The notes: generated by a model from the sequence alone, not told the origin. Positions 29,174 through 41,009 are shown, counted from the stretch's first letter. The stretch is 64,000 nt of DNA from an uncultured Thiomicrospira sp. (GCA_965195345.1 OZ239628.1:576001-640000), one strand, 5' to 3'. Numbers and translations: made by a program.

Positions 29174-30052
29174 TTAGTAGTTAAAATTTGGTGTGCGTTT
29201 AAAGCGCTTATAGTTCCATTGGTAACTGGAAGGAAATTTGCGAACAATGCGCTCTAAATATGTGTTTGTCTGGTCGACAAATTGCTGTGTGTTCCAGTTT
29301 TTTTCATAGTGAAAAGGTTCAATGTATAAATCAAAACCAGCATCTTTATGGCGTATAACGTAGGTTATGATGATATTAGGAAAGTATTTTAAAGCAAGTT
29401 TAGATGTTAATGTCATGGTGTTGGTTGGAATGCCAAAAAATGGAGATAGCACGCCACCACTGTTGCCTGGATCTTGGTCTGGAAGGATTCCTAAATATTG
29501 ATTATTTTTCAGAATATTCATCAAAGTACGTATGCTTGAAGCTTCTGCTGTAACCATTTTTAAATTAAGATTGGTCTCTCTTGCATTCCGCATGATGCGA
29601 TTGATTGATTCAAAGCGGGAAGGTTTATAAATTGCGTGCATTTTATGGAGATTATCCGCAAAAAAGAAGCCTGCTAATTCCCAGCATCCGATGTGCGGTG
29701 TCATTATCAGCATAGATTTGTTTTCTGATTTGTACTTTTCAAAATGCTCTAGACCATGTATAGTATGTATGTAATTATTTAATGTATCGGCTGATTTTCC
29801 CCATATGACTGGAATTTCTAACGCTGAGCATCCGAAGTTAATCAAACTTTTGCGCGTTAATTCTTCGCGTTCGTCTTCTTCAATATCCTTGAAACAAGCA
29901 GAAATGTTGGTTTTTGTAGTGCGATAGTCTCTCCCTTTGATAAGGAAGAGGATTGTGCCTATTTTTGTTCCTAATTTATGCGCCATAGACAACGGTAAGA
30001 GTCTAATAAGGAAATTAAGAGGATATACCCAGTAGGCTTTTTTTATTTTCAT
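29174..30052 (-). CDS. Lipid A late acyltransferase (LpxL/HtrB family)
   Basis: PHIGCWE (H-x4-E), LPDQDP, PFFG, P..YQWNYKRFK; start ATG 30052 or TTG 30070. Confidence 0.88.
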   Translation of the reverse strand: MKIKKAYWVYPLNFLIRLLPLSMAHKLGTKIGTILFLIKGRDYRTTKTNISACFKDIEEDEREELTRKSLINFGCSALEIPVIWGKSADTLNNYIHTIHGLEHFEKYKSENKSMLIMTPHIGCWELAGFFFADNLHKMHAIYKPSRFESINRIMRNARETNLNLKMVTAEASSIRTLMNILKNNQYLGILPDQDPGNSGGVLSPFFGIPTNTMTLTSKLALKYFPNIIITYVIRHKDAGFDLYIEPFHYEKNWNTQQFVDQTNTYLERIVRKFPSSYQWNYKRFKRTPNFNY

Positions 30053-30136
30053 TAGGGCATTATCACGCAAATTTGAATTGTCGGTGTACTTGAATTTTAA
30101 GGACTTCTAATTCAATGGTTTTATGCTAAATGATTT

Positions 30137-31204
30137 TTAATACAGTGGCAATTGGTCAGAAGAATCGTCAAGAGAAGAAAGGTTCGACACACTTAGACCA
30201 AGAAGGCGTACCTTTAATTTTTCACAAGAGGTTCTTTCTAATAAAATTTTCAACCAAGGACGGATGCTGGCAGAGTCGTTAAATGGTGACGGGTAACTGT
30301 GAGAGCGGGTAACGATTTTGAAGTTTGGATATTTGACTTTGAGCGTTAATGTTTTGGCGTAGAGTTGTTTTTTTTTGAGTGAGATGGATAACTTATCCGA
30401 CATTTGATACAACTTTTCAAGCATTTGTTCAATGTTGAATAAGTCTTGCTGAAATGTCGACTCTATACCGATGGAGCGTCTTTTTGCCCGACCACCTACT
30501 GAACGGTTATCGATGCCACGTACAATATCGTAGTACCATGCACCGCTTTTACCAAAATGTTTAATTAATTCAATTCTACTTTGTTGTCCAAGTTCCATTC
30601 CTGTTTTTATTCCTAGGGCTTTCATGCGCTTTTCTGTTACTTTGCCGATGCCATAAAAACGTCCAATAGGCAATTGATGTAGCCAGTTCTGAGCGTCTTT
30701 TGGCAAGATTACTTTTTGTCCATTGGGTTTGTTTTCATCGGATGCCACTTTTGCAAGAAATTTGTTGTAAGAAATGCCTGCGGAAGCAGTTAAGTTCAAC
30801 TCAGTAAAGATTTGCCTGCGGATTGCTTGAGCAATCAAGGTTGCTGAACCATGGTGTTCTGTGCAAAAGCTTACATCAAGGTAAGCTTCATCGAGTGATA
30901 AAGGCTCTATTATTTCTGTATATTGTTTAAATATGTTGAGGATGTTAGCTGAGACTTGTCGATAAACCTCAAAACGAGGAGCAACAAAAATCGCTTGAGG
31001 GCAGCGTTTATACGCAACAGAAGAGGACATCGCTGAGTGGATGCCAAATGTTCTTGCTTCATAACTACAAGCAGCAACGACTCCTCTTGAGTTGGGTTGT
31101 CCACCGACAACCAATGGTTTTCCCCTATATTCTGGAAAATCACGTTGTTCTACTGAAGCAAAGAAAGCATCCATGTCAACATGGATAATCTTTCTTTTCT
31201 GCAT
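30137..31204 (-). CDS. dinB: DNA polymerase IV
   Basis: RKIIHVDMDAFFASVE, SYEAR.FG, LSLDEAYLD, KFLAKVASD.NKP. Confidence 0.96.
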   Translation of the reverse strand: MQKRKIIHVDMDAFFASVEQRDFPEYRGKPLVVGGQPNSRGVVAACSYEARTFGIHSAMSSSVAYKRCPQAIFVAPRFEVYRQVSANILNIFKQYTEIIEPLSLDEAYLDVSFCTEHHGSATLIAQAIRRQIFTELNLTASAGISYNKFLAKVASDENKPNGQKVILPKDAQNWLHQLPIGRFYGIGKVTEKRMKALGIKTGMELGQQSRIELIKHFGKSGAWYYDIVRGIDNRSVGGRAKRRSIGIESTFQQDLFNIEQMLEKLYQMSDKLSISLKKKQLYAKTLTLKVKYPNFKIVTRSHSYPSPFNDSASIRPWLKILLERTSCEKLKVRLLGLSVSNLSSLDDSSDQLPLY

Positions 31205-31239
31205 TGCGTAGTAACTCAATAAATAAAATTTATGCTATT

Positions 31240-32121
31240 TTAATTGCTCAGAGTATCAAAGGCAATCTTGACTTTATCGCCCAATTCGGCAGGAGTAGGC
31301 GATATTATGCAACCAGCTAACTCAAGTGCTGCAAATTTTTCAGCAGCAGTGCCTTTCCCCCCAGCAATAATAGCTCCTGCATGTCCCATTCGTTTGCCTT
31401 TTGGAGCAGTGGAACCAGCTATATAGGCAACGACGGGTTTGCTGACGTTATCTTTTATGTATTCAGCTGCTTCTTCTTCAGATGTGCCGCCGATTTCTCC
31501 AACCATTAAGATTACTTCGGTTTGATCGTCTTTTTCAAAGAGTTCAAGGCAGTCAATGAAGTTCATTCCAGGAATTGGATCGCCTCCTATACCAATGCAA
31601 GTACTTTGCCCACGTCCAATATCGGTGGTTTGTTTCACCGCTTCATAGGTGAGAGTGCCAGAGCGTGAGACGATTCCAACTTTACCAGGCAAGTGAATGT
31701 GACCTGGCATAATGCCGATTTTACATTCACCTGGAGTTATGATGCCCGGACAATTGGCGCCGAGTAAGCGTACTCCATGATAGTCAGCTAACATTTTGGC
31801 TTCCAGCATGTCGATTGTTGGAATACCTTCGGTAATACACACAATCAATGATACACCAGAAAAAATTGCTTCGCAGATACTATCTTTGCAAAAAGCCGCT
31901 GGGACATAAATAACACTAGCATCAGCGCCAGTAGCAGAAACAGCTTCTTTGGCAGTGTTGAATACTGGTAGTCCAAGATGCGTGTTGCCGCCTTTGCCAG
32001 GCGTTACGCCTCCTACCATTTTCGTGCCATAATCAATTGCTTGCTGGCAATGAAGAGTGCCTTGTTTGCCAGTAAAACCTTGGCAAATGACTTTGGTTTT
32101 TTTGTTTATTAATACGCTCAT
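31240..32121 (-). CDS. sucD: Succinyl-CoA synthetase alpha subunit
   Basis: [33 protein letters not shown]. Confidence 0.97.
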   Translation of the reverse strand: MSVLINKKTKVICQGFTGKQGTLHCQQAIDYGTKMVGGVTPGKGGNTHLGLPVFNTAKEAVSATGADASVIYVPAAFCKDSICEAIFSGVSLIVCITEGIPTIDMLEAKMLADYHGVRLLGANCPGIITPGECKIGIMPGHIHLPGKVGIVSRSGTLTYEAVKQTTDIGRGQSTCIGIGGDPIPGMNFIDCLELFEKDDQTEVILMVGEIGGTSEEEAAEYIKDNVSKPVVAYIAGSTAPKGKRMGHAGAIIAGGKGTAAEKFAALELAGCIISPTPAELGDKVKIAFDTLSN

Positions 32122-32137
32122 TGATTCCGAAGATTTA

Positions 32138-33298
32138 TTATTTAGAAAGAGAAACTATTTTCTGTGCTGCATCAGCTAAATTGCTGGCCACAGTAAGTTC
32201 AAGTTCGGTGTTGTTGAGTAATTCCATGCCTTCTTTAGCCATGTTTCCTTCAAGACGCACAACGACCGGTATATTTAAATTAACTGTTTTTGCTGCTTCT
32301 ATAATTCCTTCAGCAATTAAGTCACAGCGCACAATGCCTCCAAAGATATTTACTAATATGCCTTTAACCTGCTTTTCAGAAGTGATTATTTTAAAAGCTT
32401 CAGTAACTCGTTTAGCGGTTGCAGTGCCTCCTACATCAAGGAAATTAGCAGGGGAGCCATCATAATATTTAATAATATCCATTGTCGCCATTGCCAATCC
32501 AGCACCATTGACCAAACAACCGATGGTACCATCAAGTGCCACATAGCTTAGATCATTGTCTGCAGCGCGTAATTCACGTTCATCCTCTTGAGTGGTATCG
32601 CGTAAATCAAGAAGATCTGGTTGACGGAATAACGCATTGGAGTCAATGTTTATTTTCCCATCCAGACAAATCAAGCGATTTTCAGAAGTTATAACTAAAG
32701 GATTTATTTCCACCAAAGATAAGTCCTTTCCAATGAATAAGCGATACAGTCCTTTGAGTAAATTGGAAAAATCCTTAAATGCATCACCGCTTAAATCCAA
32801 TGCAAAAGCCAATTGACGAGCTTGCCAAGGCATGATTCCTGTTATTGGGTTGATCATGATTTTATGGATTTTATCAGGTGTTTTTTCTGCTACTGACTCT
32901 ATGTCCATACCACCTTCTGTTGATGCCATGAAGACAATACATTGAGAAGCTCGATCAATGACAACTCCGAGATATAATTCATTTTGTATGTCACTGATTT
33001 CTTCAACAAGAATTTGATTGACAGGTTGTCCTTCTTCAGTGGTTTGAAAAGTGATAAGATTAGTGTCCAGCAATTTATCCGCTACTTCACCAACTGCTTC
33101 TACGCTATCTACTAATTGTACGCCGCCCGCTTTTCCTCGACCACCTGCGTGCACCTGTGCTTTCACTACCCAACGGTAACCGCCTAGGGCTTCAGCTGCT
33201 TCAATGGCTGCTTCACGATTCTGGACTACTCTTGAACGAGGAACCGGCATTCCGAATGCAGAGAAAAGTGCCTTTGCTTGATATTCGTGTAAATTCAT
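32138..33298 (-). CDS. sucC: Succinyl-CoA synthetase beta subunit
   Basis: True start MNLHEYQAK at 33298 with AAGGGAG RBS; [32 protein letters not shown]. Confidence 0.97.
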   Translation of the reverse strand: MNLHEYQAKALFSAFGMPVPRSRVVQNREAAIEAAEALGGYRWVVKAQVHAGGRGKAGGVQLVDSVEAVGEVADKLLDTNLITFQTTEEGQPVNQILVEEISDIQNELYLGVVIDRASQCIVFMASTEGGMDIESVAEKTPDKIHKIMINPITGIMPWQARQLAFALDLSGDAFKDFSNLLKGLYRLFIGKDLSLVEINPLVITSENRLICLDGKINIDSNALFRQPDLLDLRDTTQEDERELRAADNDLSYVALDGTIGCLVNGAGLAMATMDIIKYYDGSPANFLDVGGTATAKRVTEAFKIITSEKQVKGILVNIFGGIVRCDLIAEGIIEAAKTVNLNIPVVVRLEGNMAKEGMELLNNTELELTVASNLADAAQKIVSLSK

Positions 33299-33329
33299 TA
33301 AATTTGGCTCCCTTGAGGCATGAATTGAT

Positions 33330-34775
33330 TTATGCAGTTGGACGTTTTTTTGAAATCGTATGTATTGCTCGCCCATCAACATCCAAAGCGGCTTCATGTA
33401 TTGCTTCAGATAAACTTGGATGGGCAAATATGGTGCGTTGTAAGTCTTCAGTAGAACTACGACACTCCATGGCAATAACGATTTGACCTATTAACTCAGA
33501 AGCATTGTAATTGACAATGTGAGCGCCGAGTATTCGATCTGTTTTTGCATCCGATATGATTTTAACAAAGCCTGCAGTATCATTGGCTGCTTTAGCTCGT
33601 CCGCTGGCAAGAAATTGAAACTTTCCAGTTTTAGTTTCAATGCCACGTTCTTGCGCTTGTTTTTCATTCTCACCAACCCAAGCAATTTCTGGATTGGTAT
33701 AAATGACCATGGGAATGCAGTTATAGTCAATATGCGGTTTTTGTCCTGCTATCCGCTCGGCAACTACTATTCCTTCTTCAGAACCTTTATGCGCTAACAT
33801 CGGACCACGAACAACGTCTCCAATGGCGTATATTCCTTCAACACTCGTTTTGCAGTTTTCATCCACTTCAACGAACCCTCGATCATTTATTTTGATACCA
33901 GTGTCATCACCCAGCAGATCACCAGTGTAAGGTTTCCTTCCAACGGCAACTAACACTTTGTCAAAGCGCTCGCTGTGTTTTTCTCCATTGTTGAGCGTGT
34001 ATTCAATATCAACACCACGATTGCGAATTTCCACGGAGTCAATTTTTAATCCCATGCGAAATTCCATTCCTTGTGCTTTGAAGGAGCGCAAGGCTGCTTT
34101 GCCCGTATCTGGGTCTGCATCGGGTAGTAAGCCTGGGCGCATTTTTATGATGGTCGTTTTTGAACCAACGCGGCTCCATGCACTGCCCATCTCTAAACCA
34201 ATAGCACCAGCACCAATCACTGCGAGGCGTTTTGGAGCAATATCCCAATCAAGGGCATCTTGCGAATCGGTTATGTATTTTCCATCAAAAGGGATGAATG
34301 GAAGAGGAGCAGGTATTGAACCAGTGGCAATAATAATGTTGTCTGCAGTTAGAGCTTGTTGTGTGCCTTCATGAGGAGTAAAAAAAACTTTTTTATTGGC
34401 TTCTAGGCGAGCTTGACCTTGAAGCCATTCCACTTTATTGGCTTTAAATAATTGAGCAATACCACCAGTCAACTCCTGTACAATTTTATCTTTTCGGGCA
34501 ATCATAGAAGACGCTTTAAAGCCAACTTTTGCAACTTCAATGCCGTGTACTGAAATGTCTTTATTGACCACTTCTAAGTGATGAGTAGACTCTAAAAGTG
34601 CTTTAGAAGGAATGCAACCAACATTTAGACAAGTACCACCGAGAGCAGGTTTACCATCTTTATTAATCCATTTGTCTATACAGACAGTTTTTAGCCCTAA
34701 TTGGGCACAACGTATAGCAGCGACGTATCCAGCTGTTCCGGCGCCAATAACAATTACTTGGTAATGATCTTTCAT
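33330..34775 (-). CDS. lpdA: Dihydrolipoamide dehydrogenase
   Basis: GGTCLNVGCIPSK, GPMLAHK, HPSLSE. Confidence 0.96.
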   Translation of the reverse strand: MKDHYQVIVIGAGTAGYVAAIRCAQLGLKTVCIDKWINKDGKPALGGTCLNVGCIPSKALLESTHHLEVVNKDISVHGIEVAKVGFKASSMIARKDKIVQELTGGIAQLFKANKVEWLQGQARLEANKKVFFTPHEGTQQALTADNIIIATGSIPAPLPFIPFDGKYITDSQDALDWDIAPKRLAVIGAGAIGLEMGSAWSRVGSKTTIIKMRPGLLPDADPDTGKAALRSFKAQGMEFRMGLKIDSVEIRNRGVDIEYTLNNGEKHSERFDKVLVAVGRKPYTGDLLGDDTGIKINDRGFVEVDENCKTSVEGIYAIGDVVRGPMLAHKGSEEGIVVAERIAGQKPHIDYNCIPMVIYTNPEIAWVGENEKQAQERGIETKTGKFQFLASGRAKAANDTAGFVKIISDAKTDRILGAHIVNYNASELIGQIVIAMECRSSTEDLQRTIFAHPSLSEAIHEAALDVDGRAIHTISKKRPTA

Positions 34776-34784
34776 GTTATCTCC

Positions 34785-35957
34785 TTAAATGTCGAGTAGC
34801 ATACGGGCAGGATCCTCAAGGAATTCTTTGAGGGTACGTAAGAAACTTACAGCTGTTTTGCCATCAATGATACGGTGATCGTAAGACACAGCCAGATACA
34901 TTATTGGGCGAATAACAATAGCATCATTTTCAACGACAGGACGTTTTTGAATATTATGCATCCCGAGAATAGCGCTTTGAGGAGGATTAAGAATGGGAGT
35001 GGATAGCATAGATCCGAATACACCACCATTGGTAATTGAAAATGTCCCACCCGTTATTTCTTCGAGATTGAGGTTCCCACTGCGTCCGCGATTGGAGAAA
35101 TCAACAATTTTTTGCTCGATTTGTGCGATGCTCATGGATTCAGCATCACGTAATATAGGAACTACCAATCCTCGTTCGGTGGAAACGGCGACTCCTATAT
35201 CGCAGAAGCTATGATATACCAGCTCATCCCCATCAATTGAAGCATTGACATCAGGAAAACGTCGCAAGGCTTCGGATGTGGCTTTTACGAAAAGGGACAT
35301 GAAACCCAATCTTACATTGTGGCGTTTTTCAAAAGCTTCCTTGTGCTTGTTGCGTAAATCCATTATAGGTTGCATGTTGATTTCGTTAAAAGTAGTCAAC
35401 ATAGCAGTGGATTGTTTGGCATACAGTAGGCGCTCAGCAATGCGAGCACGAATACGAGTCATTGGAATGCGCTTTTCAATTCGACCGTCTTCGGCAAGCG
35501 CAATGTTGCTTTCGGAAGGTGTGGCAGATGTAGATTGTGATTTTTCTAAGTGATTGATTACATCTTCTTTAGTGATGCGGTCTCTGTGTGCAATTTCATT
35601 AGAAGCAAGATCATTTTCTGCCAATATTTTGCGCGCAGCTGGGTTTGTTTTTGGCTGCTCTTCTTGTTTTGTTTTAGAGTCATCGGTCTTTGCAGGAGCT
35701 TCCAAAGCCGATTGTTCGACAGCGCTAGCTTCAATGATGGCAATTACTTGTTCAGAAGATACGGTGTCATTTTCAGATACTTGCAACTCAACAATTGTGC
35801 CAGAATTAGGGGCAGGAACTTCAAAAACGACTTTGTCGGTTTCAATTTCGGCGATAACTTCATCAACATGGATGGTATCACCTTTTTGTTTATTCCAGGC
35901 AATGAGTGTTCCTTCACTAATTGACTCAGGAAAAGTTGGTACTTTAACTTTAAACAT
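34785..35957 (-). CDS. sucB: 2-oxoglutarate dehydrogenase E2
   Basis: IETDKV lipoyl site, [16 protein letters not shown]. Confidence 0.97.
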   Translation of the reverse strand: MFKVKVPTFPESISEGTLIAWNKQKGDTIHVDEVIAEIETDKVVFEVPAPNSGTIVELQVSENDTVSSEQVIAIIEASAVEQSALEAPAKTDDSKTKQEEQPKTNPAARKILAENDLASNEIAHRDRITKEDVINHLEKSQSTSATPSESNIALAEDGRIEKRIPMTRIRARIAERLLYAKQSTAMLTTFNEINMQPIMDLRNKHKEAFEKRHNVRLGFMSLFVKATSEALRRFPDVNASIDGDELVYHSFCDIGVAVSTERGLVVPILRDAESMSIAQIEQKIVDFSNRGRSGNLNLEEITGGTFSITNGGVFGSMLSTPILNPPQSAILGMHNIQKRPVVENDAIVIRPIMYLAVSYDHRIIDGKTAVSFLRTLKEFLEDPARMLLDI

Positions 35958-38825
35958 TTATGACCTCTTAGAATGGATGGACTGTAATCGTGGACGAAAA
36001 GGTTCTTTCCAATCAACGATGCCTAGCGCGCTTTGGATGAGATATTGTTGTTGTTCTTTGTGAACGTTCGGATAACCCACTGCAGGAGAAGCGGATGAAT
36101 CTCTGCCACGATATAGCAGCTTACGGTCACTAAGAATGCGTTCTATGCGGTGGCGTATTGACCGCCAAGCGCCCTGATTTTTAGGTTCTTCTTGACACCA
36201 GACGACTTCTTTTGCGTTTGGATAGCTTTGTAGAACGTCGTTAACGGTTGCATACGGGAAAGGATACAGTTGCTCAATACGTACTATTGCTGTGTTGGAA
36301 ATGTTATGTTTTTCTGATGTTTCAAGCAATTCATAATAGATTTTTCCTGTACACAAAACAATACGCTTAACTTTCTTAGGAGTTATTTCACTGCGCTCAT
36401 CATCAATGACTGTAAGAAATTTTCCATTGGCTAACTCATCTAGGCTGTTTACAGCCCTTGGATGGCGTAGTAAACTTTTAGGAGTGAATACCACTAGAGG
36501 GCGGCGCATGCGGCGTAACATTTGTCGGCGTATCATATGAAATGTTTGTGCAGGAGTGGTAGGCACTACGACTTGAATGTTATCTTGGGCGCAAAGTTGT
36601 AAGAAACGCTCAGGGCGAGCGGATGAATGTTCGGGACCTTGACCTTCGTAGCCATGAGGGAGAAAAAGTACCAGTCCGCATAAGCGACCCCATTTAACTT
36701 CGGCAGAAGTAATGAATTGATCAATAACGACTTGGGCGCCGTTGGCAAAATCACCGAATTGAGCCTCCCAAATACACAAAATATCGGGATCAGCGGTAGA
36801 AAAACCAAATTCAAAGGCGAGTACAGCCTCTTCGGATAAAAAGGAATCAATGATTGTGCAATCGGGTTGACCTTTAGCCATGTTTTGCAAAGGCATATAC
36901 ATTTTCCCGTTATTGACGTCATGCAAGGTTGAGTGGCGGTGAAAAAAAGTACCTCTTCGACTGTCTTGCCCGCTAATTCTTATGGGCGTTCCTTCGTGTA
37001 ATAGTGACGCGTATGCTAAGTTTTCAGCAAAGCCCCAGTCAGCAGGTTTTTCATCCGCTGCCATCATTTTTCGGTCGGCGTATATTTTAGCAATCCGAGC
37101 ATGTGGTTCTATGTCAGAGGGGTACGAACACATCTTATTGGCTAAGTTTTGTAACAAAGCTTTTGGTAGAGAAGTACTTACTTCTGTTGCGTCTTGATCG
37201 ACAAATTTGGACCAATCAACAGCATATTGATTATTAATTTTTTGATTAGCCTCAATAACATTTGGTGCAATGCACTCGCCTAACTCGAGTTGATTGCGAT
37301 AATGAAGCATCATTTTGTTGGGCTGATCGCTTGAGATTATTCCCTGTTTAGTTAGATAGTCAGCGTATAGCTTACGTGTTGAGGGTAATTTTTTAATTAC
37401 TCTGTACATATTTGGTTGCGTGGCAGCTGGTTCATCGGCTTCATTGTGCCCATGGCGACGATAGCAAACGAGATCAATAACGACATCTTTTCTGAATTTT
37501 TTACGATACTCAAAAGCCAGTTGTGTAACGAAGTACACGGCTTCAGGATCATCGCCGTTTACATGAAAAATAGGGATGCTTAGCATTTTTGCGGCATCGG
37601 TGCAATAGGGTGTGGATCGAGCGTCTTTTGGATTGGAAGTGGTGAATCCAATTTGATTATTGATTACTATGTGAATAGTGCCTTGTGTGCTGTACCCTGT
37701 AATTTCAGACATGCTGAAAGTCTCCATAACAACACCTTGACCAGCAAAGGCAGCATCTCCATGGATGACGATGGGCAACACTTGGGATCCATCGGGATCA
37801 TTGCGACGTTGTTGTCGTGCACGCACGGATCCTTCAACGACGGGGCTAACAATTTCAAGGTGCGAGGGATTGAATGCAAGTGCTAAGTGTAGAGGACCGT
37901 TTGGAGTGCTCATGTCGGATGAGAACCCTTGATGGTACTTGACATCACCAGTTAATAATGTTGAGTCATATTTCCCCTCAAATTCTGAAAAAAGATCGGC
38001 TGTTTTCTTACCAAATACGTTAACTAGCACATTCAATCGACCACGATGCGCCATTCCAAGAACAGCCTCGTTTATTTCTCCACCTGCCTGTTGTACAAGT
38101 GCACTAAGGGAAACAATCAAACTTTCACCGCCTTCAAGAGAAAAGCGTTTTTGACCAGTATATTTAGTATGCAGGTATTTTTCTAACCCCTCTGCGGAAG
38201 TGAGTCGGTCCAGTATCCATTTTCGACGCTCAATACTTAGTGAAGGTTTTCCTTGAACGGCTTCAAGTTGACGTTGCACCCATTCTTTTTCAGAAGTATC
38301 CAAAATGTGCATGAATTCGGCGCCAATGTTGCCGCAATAGGTTTTTTGCAAAGCACCTATGATATCTTTCAGCATTGCCTGTTTAATGCTGAAAAACGAT
38401 GCTGTATCAAAAATACTGTCCATGTCGCTTTCTGTGAATCCATAGAGTGCAGGGTCTATTTCACGAACCTCTGGTTTTACGCGTATCTTCAAAGGGTCTA
38501 TGTTGGCATGTTCATGTCCGCGTAAACGGAAAGCCTGAATGAGTTGGATAACTGAGATTTGTTGCGATAGTGTTTTAGATGTTCTATTATCGGAGTGGGT
38601 GCCGTTAGATTTATTATCACGTGTGATTTCTAAAAAAGTTTTGCGCACCTGCGACATCAGTTTTTCTGGCGCATCGTGTTCGTAAGGCAATTGTTCAAAG
38701 TATTGTTGCCAAGCAATAGGGAGTTCGCTTGGATCTTTCTGGAAAGTTTCAAATTGGGCTTCTAGGAACTCAATGTTTGCACCCAGCAATGAGGAGTTGA
38801 CCAATGCGTTTAATTTTTCAGACAT
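35958..38825 (-). CDS. sucA: 2-oxoglutarate dehydrogenase E1
   Basis: KRFSLEG, GMAHRGRLN, NPSHLE, HGDAAFAGQG, WEAQFGDF, LPHGYEGQGPEHSS. Confidence 0.98.
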   Translation of the reverse strand: MSEKLNALVNSSLLGANIEFLEAQFETFQKDPSELPIAWQQYFEQLPYEHDAPEKLMSQVRKTFLEITRDNKSNGTHSDNRTSKTLSQQISVIQLIQAFRLRGHEHANIDPLKIRVKPEVREIDPALYGFTESDMDSIFDTASFFSIKQAMLKDIIGALQKTYCGNIGAEFMHILDTSEKEWVQRQLEAVQGKPSLSIERRKWILDRLTSAEGLEKYLHTKYTGQKRFSLEGGESLIVSLSALVQQAGGEINEAVLGMAHRGRLNVLVNVFGKKTADLFSEFEGKYDSTLLTGDVKYHQGFSSDMSTPNGPLHLALAFNPSHLEIVSPVVEGSVRARQQRRNDPDGSQVLPIVIHGDAAFAGQGVVMETFSMSEITGYSTQGTIHIVINNQIGFTTSNPKDARSTPYCTDAAKMLSIPIFHVNGDDPEAVYFVTQLAFEYRKKFRKDVVIDLVCYRRHGHNEADEPAATQPNMYRVIKKLPSTRKLYADYLTKQGIISSDQPNKMMLHYRNQLELGECIAPNVIEANQKINNQYAVDWSKFVDQDATEVSTSLPKALLQNLANKMCSYPSDIEPHARIAKIYADRKMMAADEKPADWGFAENLAYASLLHEGTPIRISGQDSRRGTFFHRHSTLHDVNNGKMYMPLQNMAKGQPDCTIIDSFLSEEAVLAFEFGFSTADPDILCIWEAQFGDFANGAQVVIDQFITSAEVKWGRLCGLVLFLPHGYEGQGPEHSSARPERFLQLCAQDNIQVVVPTTPAQTFHMIRRQMLRRMRRPLVVFTPKSLLRHPRAVNSLDELANGKFLTVIDDERSEITPKKVKRIVLCTGKIYYELLETSEKHNISNTAIVRIEQLYPFPYATVNDVLQSYPNAKEVVWCQEEPKNQGAWRSIRHRIERILSDRKLLYRGRDSSASPAVGYPNVHKEQQQYLIQSALGIVDWKEPFRPRLQSIHSKRS

Positions 38826-39179
38826 GGCTAAAATAAAACTTAGTTTCTCTATGTGAAATTATGGTTATATGAAGTCATTTTCATATGATTCATTACTATT
38901 TTCACATATTGTCCTACAAGAATCAAGTGCACTAAGCGCTTAAATATTTATAGTTTTCTTTGATGCATAAGGTTTTATTTATTTTTCCAGAACGCATGCT
39001 TATGGTTCAAATTTTTATGGTTTTTTGATCAATTATCCCATGCGAATCCAAAAGGACTTTTTGGAGGTATTGTCTATATATCAGTTTGTATCACGTTTAG
39101 TGTTTAGACTTTTAGGATCATTAACTATTTATGGCTTTTTTGAGTTCGGGTATAGAGGATGAAGAATGTCTTTGAAAGG

Positions 39180-40052
39180 TCAGTTTTTATTTCTCCTTGG
39201 CTTTTTTATTCCACTTATTAATATCCAACAATCATCTTCTATTTGCTCGTCCCATTGAATGTTACTATAGCAGTTTTTTAAAGGAGTTACTTGATGTGCT
39301 AGGATACCACTCAATACAACTCTTCCTGTTGTGCTTAGTAAATTGGTTAGTTTTTCATGCAAGGCTTGTAAAGGTTCAAGTAAGATATTTGCAATGACAA
39401 TGTCAACGTCCTTGCTGGTGCTATTTATTTTGATTTGTGCATTGTTGAGAAGCGCATTTTCCTTGGTAATTTCTAGTGCCTGATCGTCAATATCCCAAGC
39501 ATAGACTTCAGCTCCGAGCTTTGCTGCAGTTATTCCAAGTATTCCGCTACCGCATCCATAGTCAAATACCTTTTTGTTACACAAATTGTTCTGTCCCAAC
39601 CAGTTAAGACATAATTTTGTGGTTTCATGAGACCCCGTACCAAAGGCCCGTTGAGGATCAATGATCACGTTTATTGCTGTCGGATCGGGTGGGGAAATCC
39701 ATGACGGGCAAATCCAGATTTTTTTGCTGACCTGTAAAGGTTTATGATGTTTTTTCCAACTGTTCTCCCAATTATTTTCTTCGAGCTCTCTGACGTGGTA
39801 TTCTGAAAAAAACACCTTTTTTTGCAGTATTTTATTTTTAAGACTTAATGCACTTTTTTTAGACGTGGTTAATGCTTTGATGAAAGTATTTTTCCACAAT
39901 TCGTCTTGAGGTGTATTTGGTTCACTAAACACTTCGTTTGATTCAGGTCCTTCGCTCATGGTAACGCTAAGTGCCCCATTTTCAAAAAGCATATCGCTGA
40001 CGCATTCAACATCTTTTTGTGGTACTAAGAATTGAAGTTCGAACCAAGCCAT
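39180..40052 (-). CDS. prmA: Ribosomal protein L11 methyltransferase
   Basis: DP..AFGTGSHETT, DYGCGSGIL, VIANIL, LSGIL; likely start MAWFEL at 40052. Confidence 0.93.
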   Translation of the reverse strand: MAWFELQFLVPQKDVECVSDMLFENGALSVTMSEGPESNEVFSEPNTPQDELWKNTFIKALTTSKKSALSLKNKILQKKVFFSEYHVRELEENNWENSWKKHHKPLQVSKKIWICPSWISPPDPTAINVIIDPQRAFGTGSHETTKLCLNWLGQNNLCNKKVFDYGCGSGILGITAAKLGAEVYAWDIDDQALEITKENALLNNAQIKINSTSKDVDIVIANILLEPLQALHEKLTNLLSTTGRVVLSGILAHQVTPLKNCYSNIQWDEQIEDDCWILISGIKKPRRNKN

Positions 40053-40053
40053 C

Positions 40054-40896
40054 TTAAGCTGATTGTCTTTTGGGCAAAAAAAGCGATCCAATGAACACTA
40101 AACCAGTTACTACCGCTATGCTTGCGGCAATGGAAGAATCCATTTGAGCGGATACATAATAACCAACTATTGCACCGAATGTAGCCAAAATAGTGCTTGC
40201 TATCAACATGCCAAAAAGAGAATTGCTGAATCGACGTGCGGTATTTGGTGTGATCGTAAGCATGGCGACAACCATTATTGCACCAACTGCATCGAATGCG
40301 GATACAGCAGAAATGGATAAAAGGGCTGTCAGTAGCGTTTGCCAGTGAAATACTTTTATGCCAGAAGCCTTCGCATGTAGAGGATCAAAACTAAGGTTTT
40401 TGAGGCGATGCCAAGAAAGCGCATATACGACAAGAGTCACAACTAATGCAAAAGAGAGCATTAGAAAAGATCGAGGTCCAAAAGATTGACCACTTATTTG
40501 AAAAATGTCTATGGGTGCAAAAGCAATTTCACCAAATAACACACAGGTTTGATCAAGATCAACATTGTCAGCGTAAGCAGCTATTAAGATGACGGAAAGG
40601 GCAAAGAATGATGTGAATACTAGTCCAATGCTATCTTGTATCTTCAAATTCAGAAAGCGTTGCAGGGCTTGCGCAGCGAACGCAGAAGCTAAGCCTGCTA
40701 CCACTGAACCTAAAAACATCAAGATTATAGAGCGCTCTCCACTGAGAAGATACGCTACTACAATCCCTAAGAGTATGCTGTGGCTAATAGCATCGCCAAG
40801 CATCGCCTGACGACGAACGACCAAGAAACAACCATTTAAAGAGCATACTATTGCAACTAATATTGCAATTAAGATCAACCAAAATTCATGTGACAT
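40054..40896 (-). CDS. Mn/Zn/Fe ABC transporter permease (ABC-3; TroD/ZnuB-like)
   Basis: GDAISHS.L.G, LFGEI, SFDP..A...G, AFDAVGA. Confidence 0.85.
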   Translation of the reverse strand: MSHEFWLILIAILVAIVCSLNGCFLVVRRQAMLGDAISHSILLGIVVAYLLSGERSIILMFLGSVVAGLASAFAAQALQRFLNLKIQDSIGLVFTSFFALSVILIAAYADNVDLDQTCVLFGEIAFAPIDIFQISGQSFGPRSFLMLSFALVVTLVVYALSWHRLKNLSFDPLHAKASGIKVFHWQTLLTALLSISAVSAFDAVGAIMVVAMLTITPNTARRFSNSLFGMLIASTILATFGAIVGYYVSAQMDSSIAASIAVVTGLVFIGSLFLPKRQSA

Positions 40897-41009
40897 AAAG
40901 ATATTGTATCAAAATACTTGATTAAATACTCCTTACAAAGATCGTTTCAATTCTGAATATCTGTATCAGGGAGCAAGTGCTGTATGTGATGTGCTCATTA
41001 AAAGAATTT

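Noticed and set aside
31205-31240. LexA box upstream of dinB
   Set aside because: No CTGT-N8-ACAG in the short gap after sucD
33299-33475. N-terminal extension of SucC given in the ORF track (similar cases: prmA, grxD, pdxB, cytochrome c)
   Set aside because: Longest-ORF artefact; conserved N-termini and RBS/promoter positions indicate downstream starts
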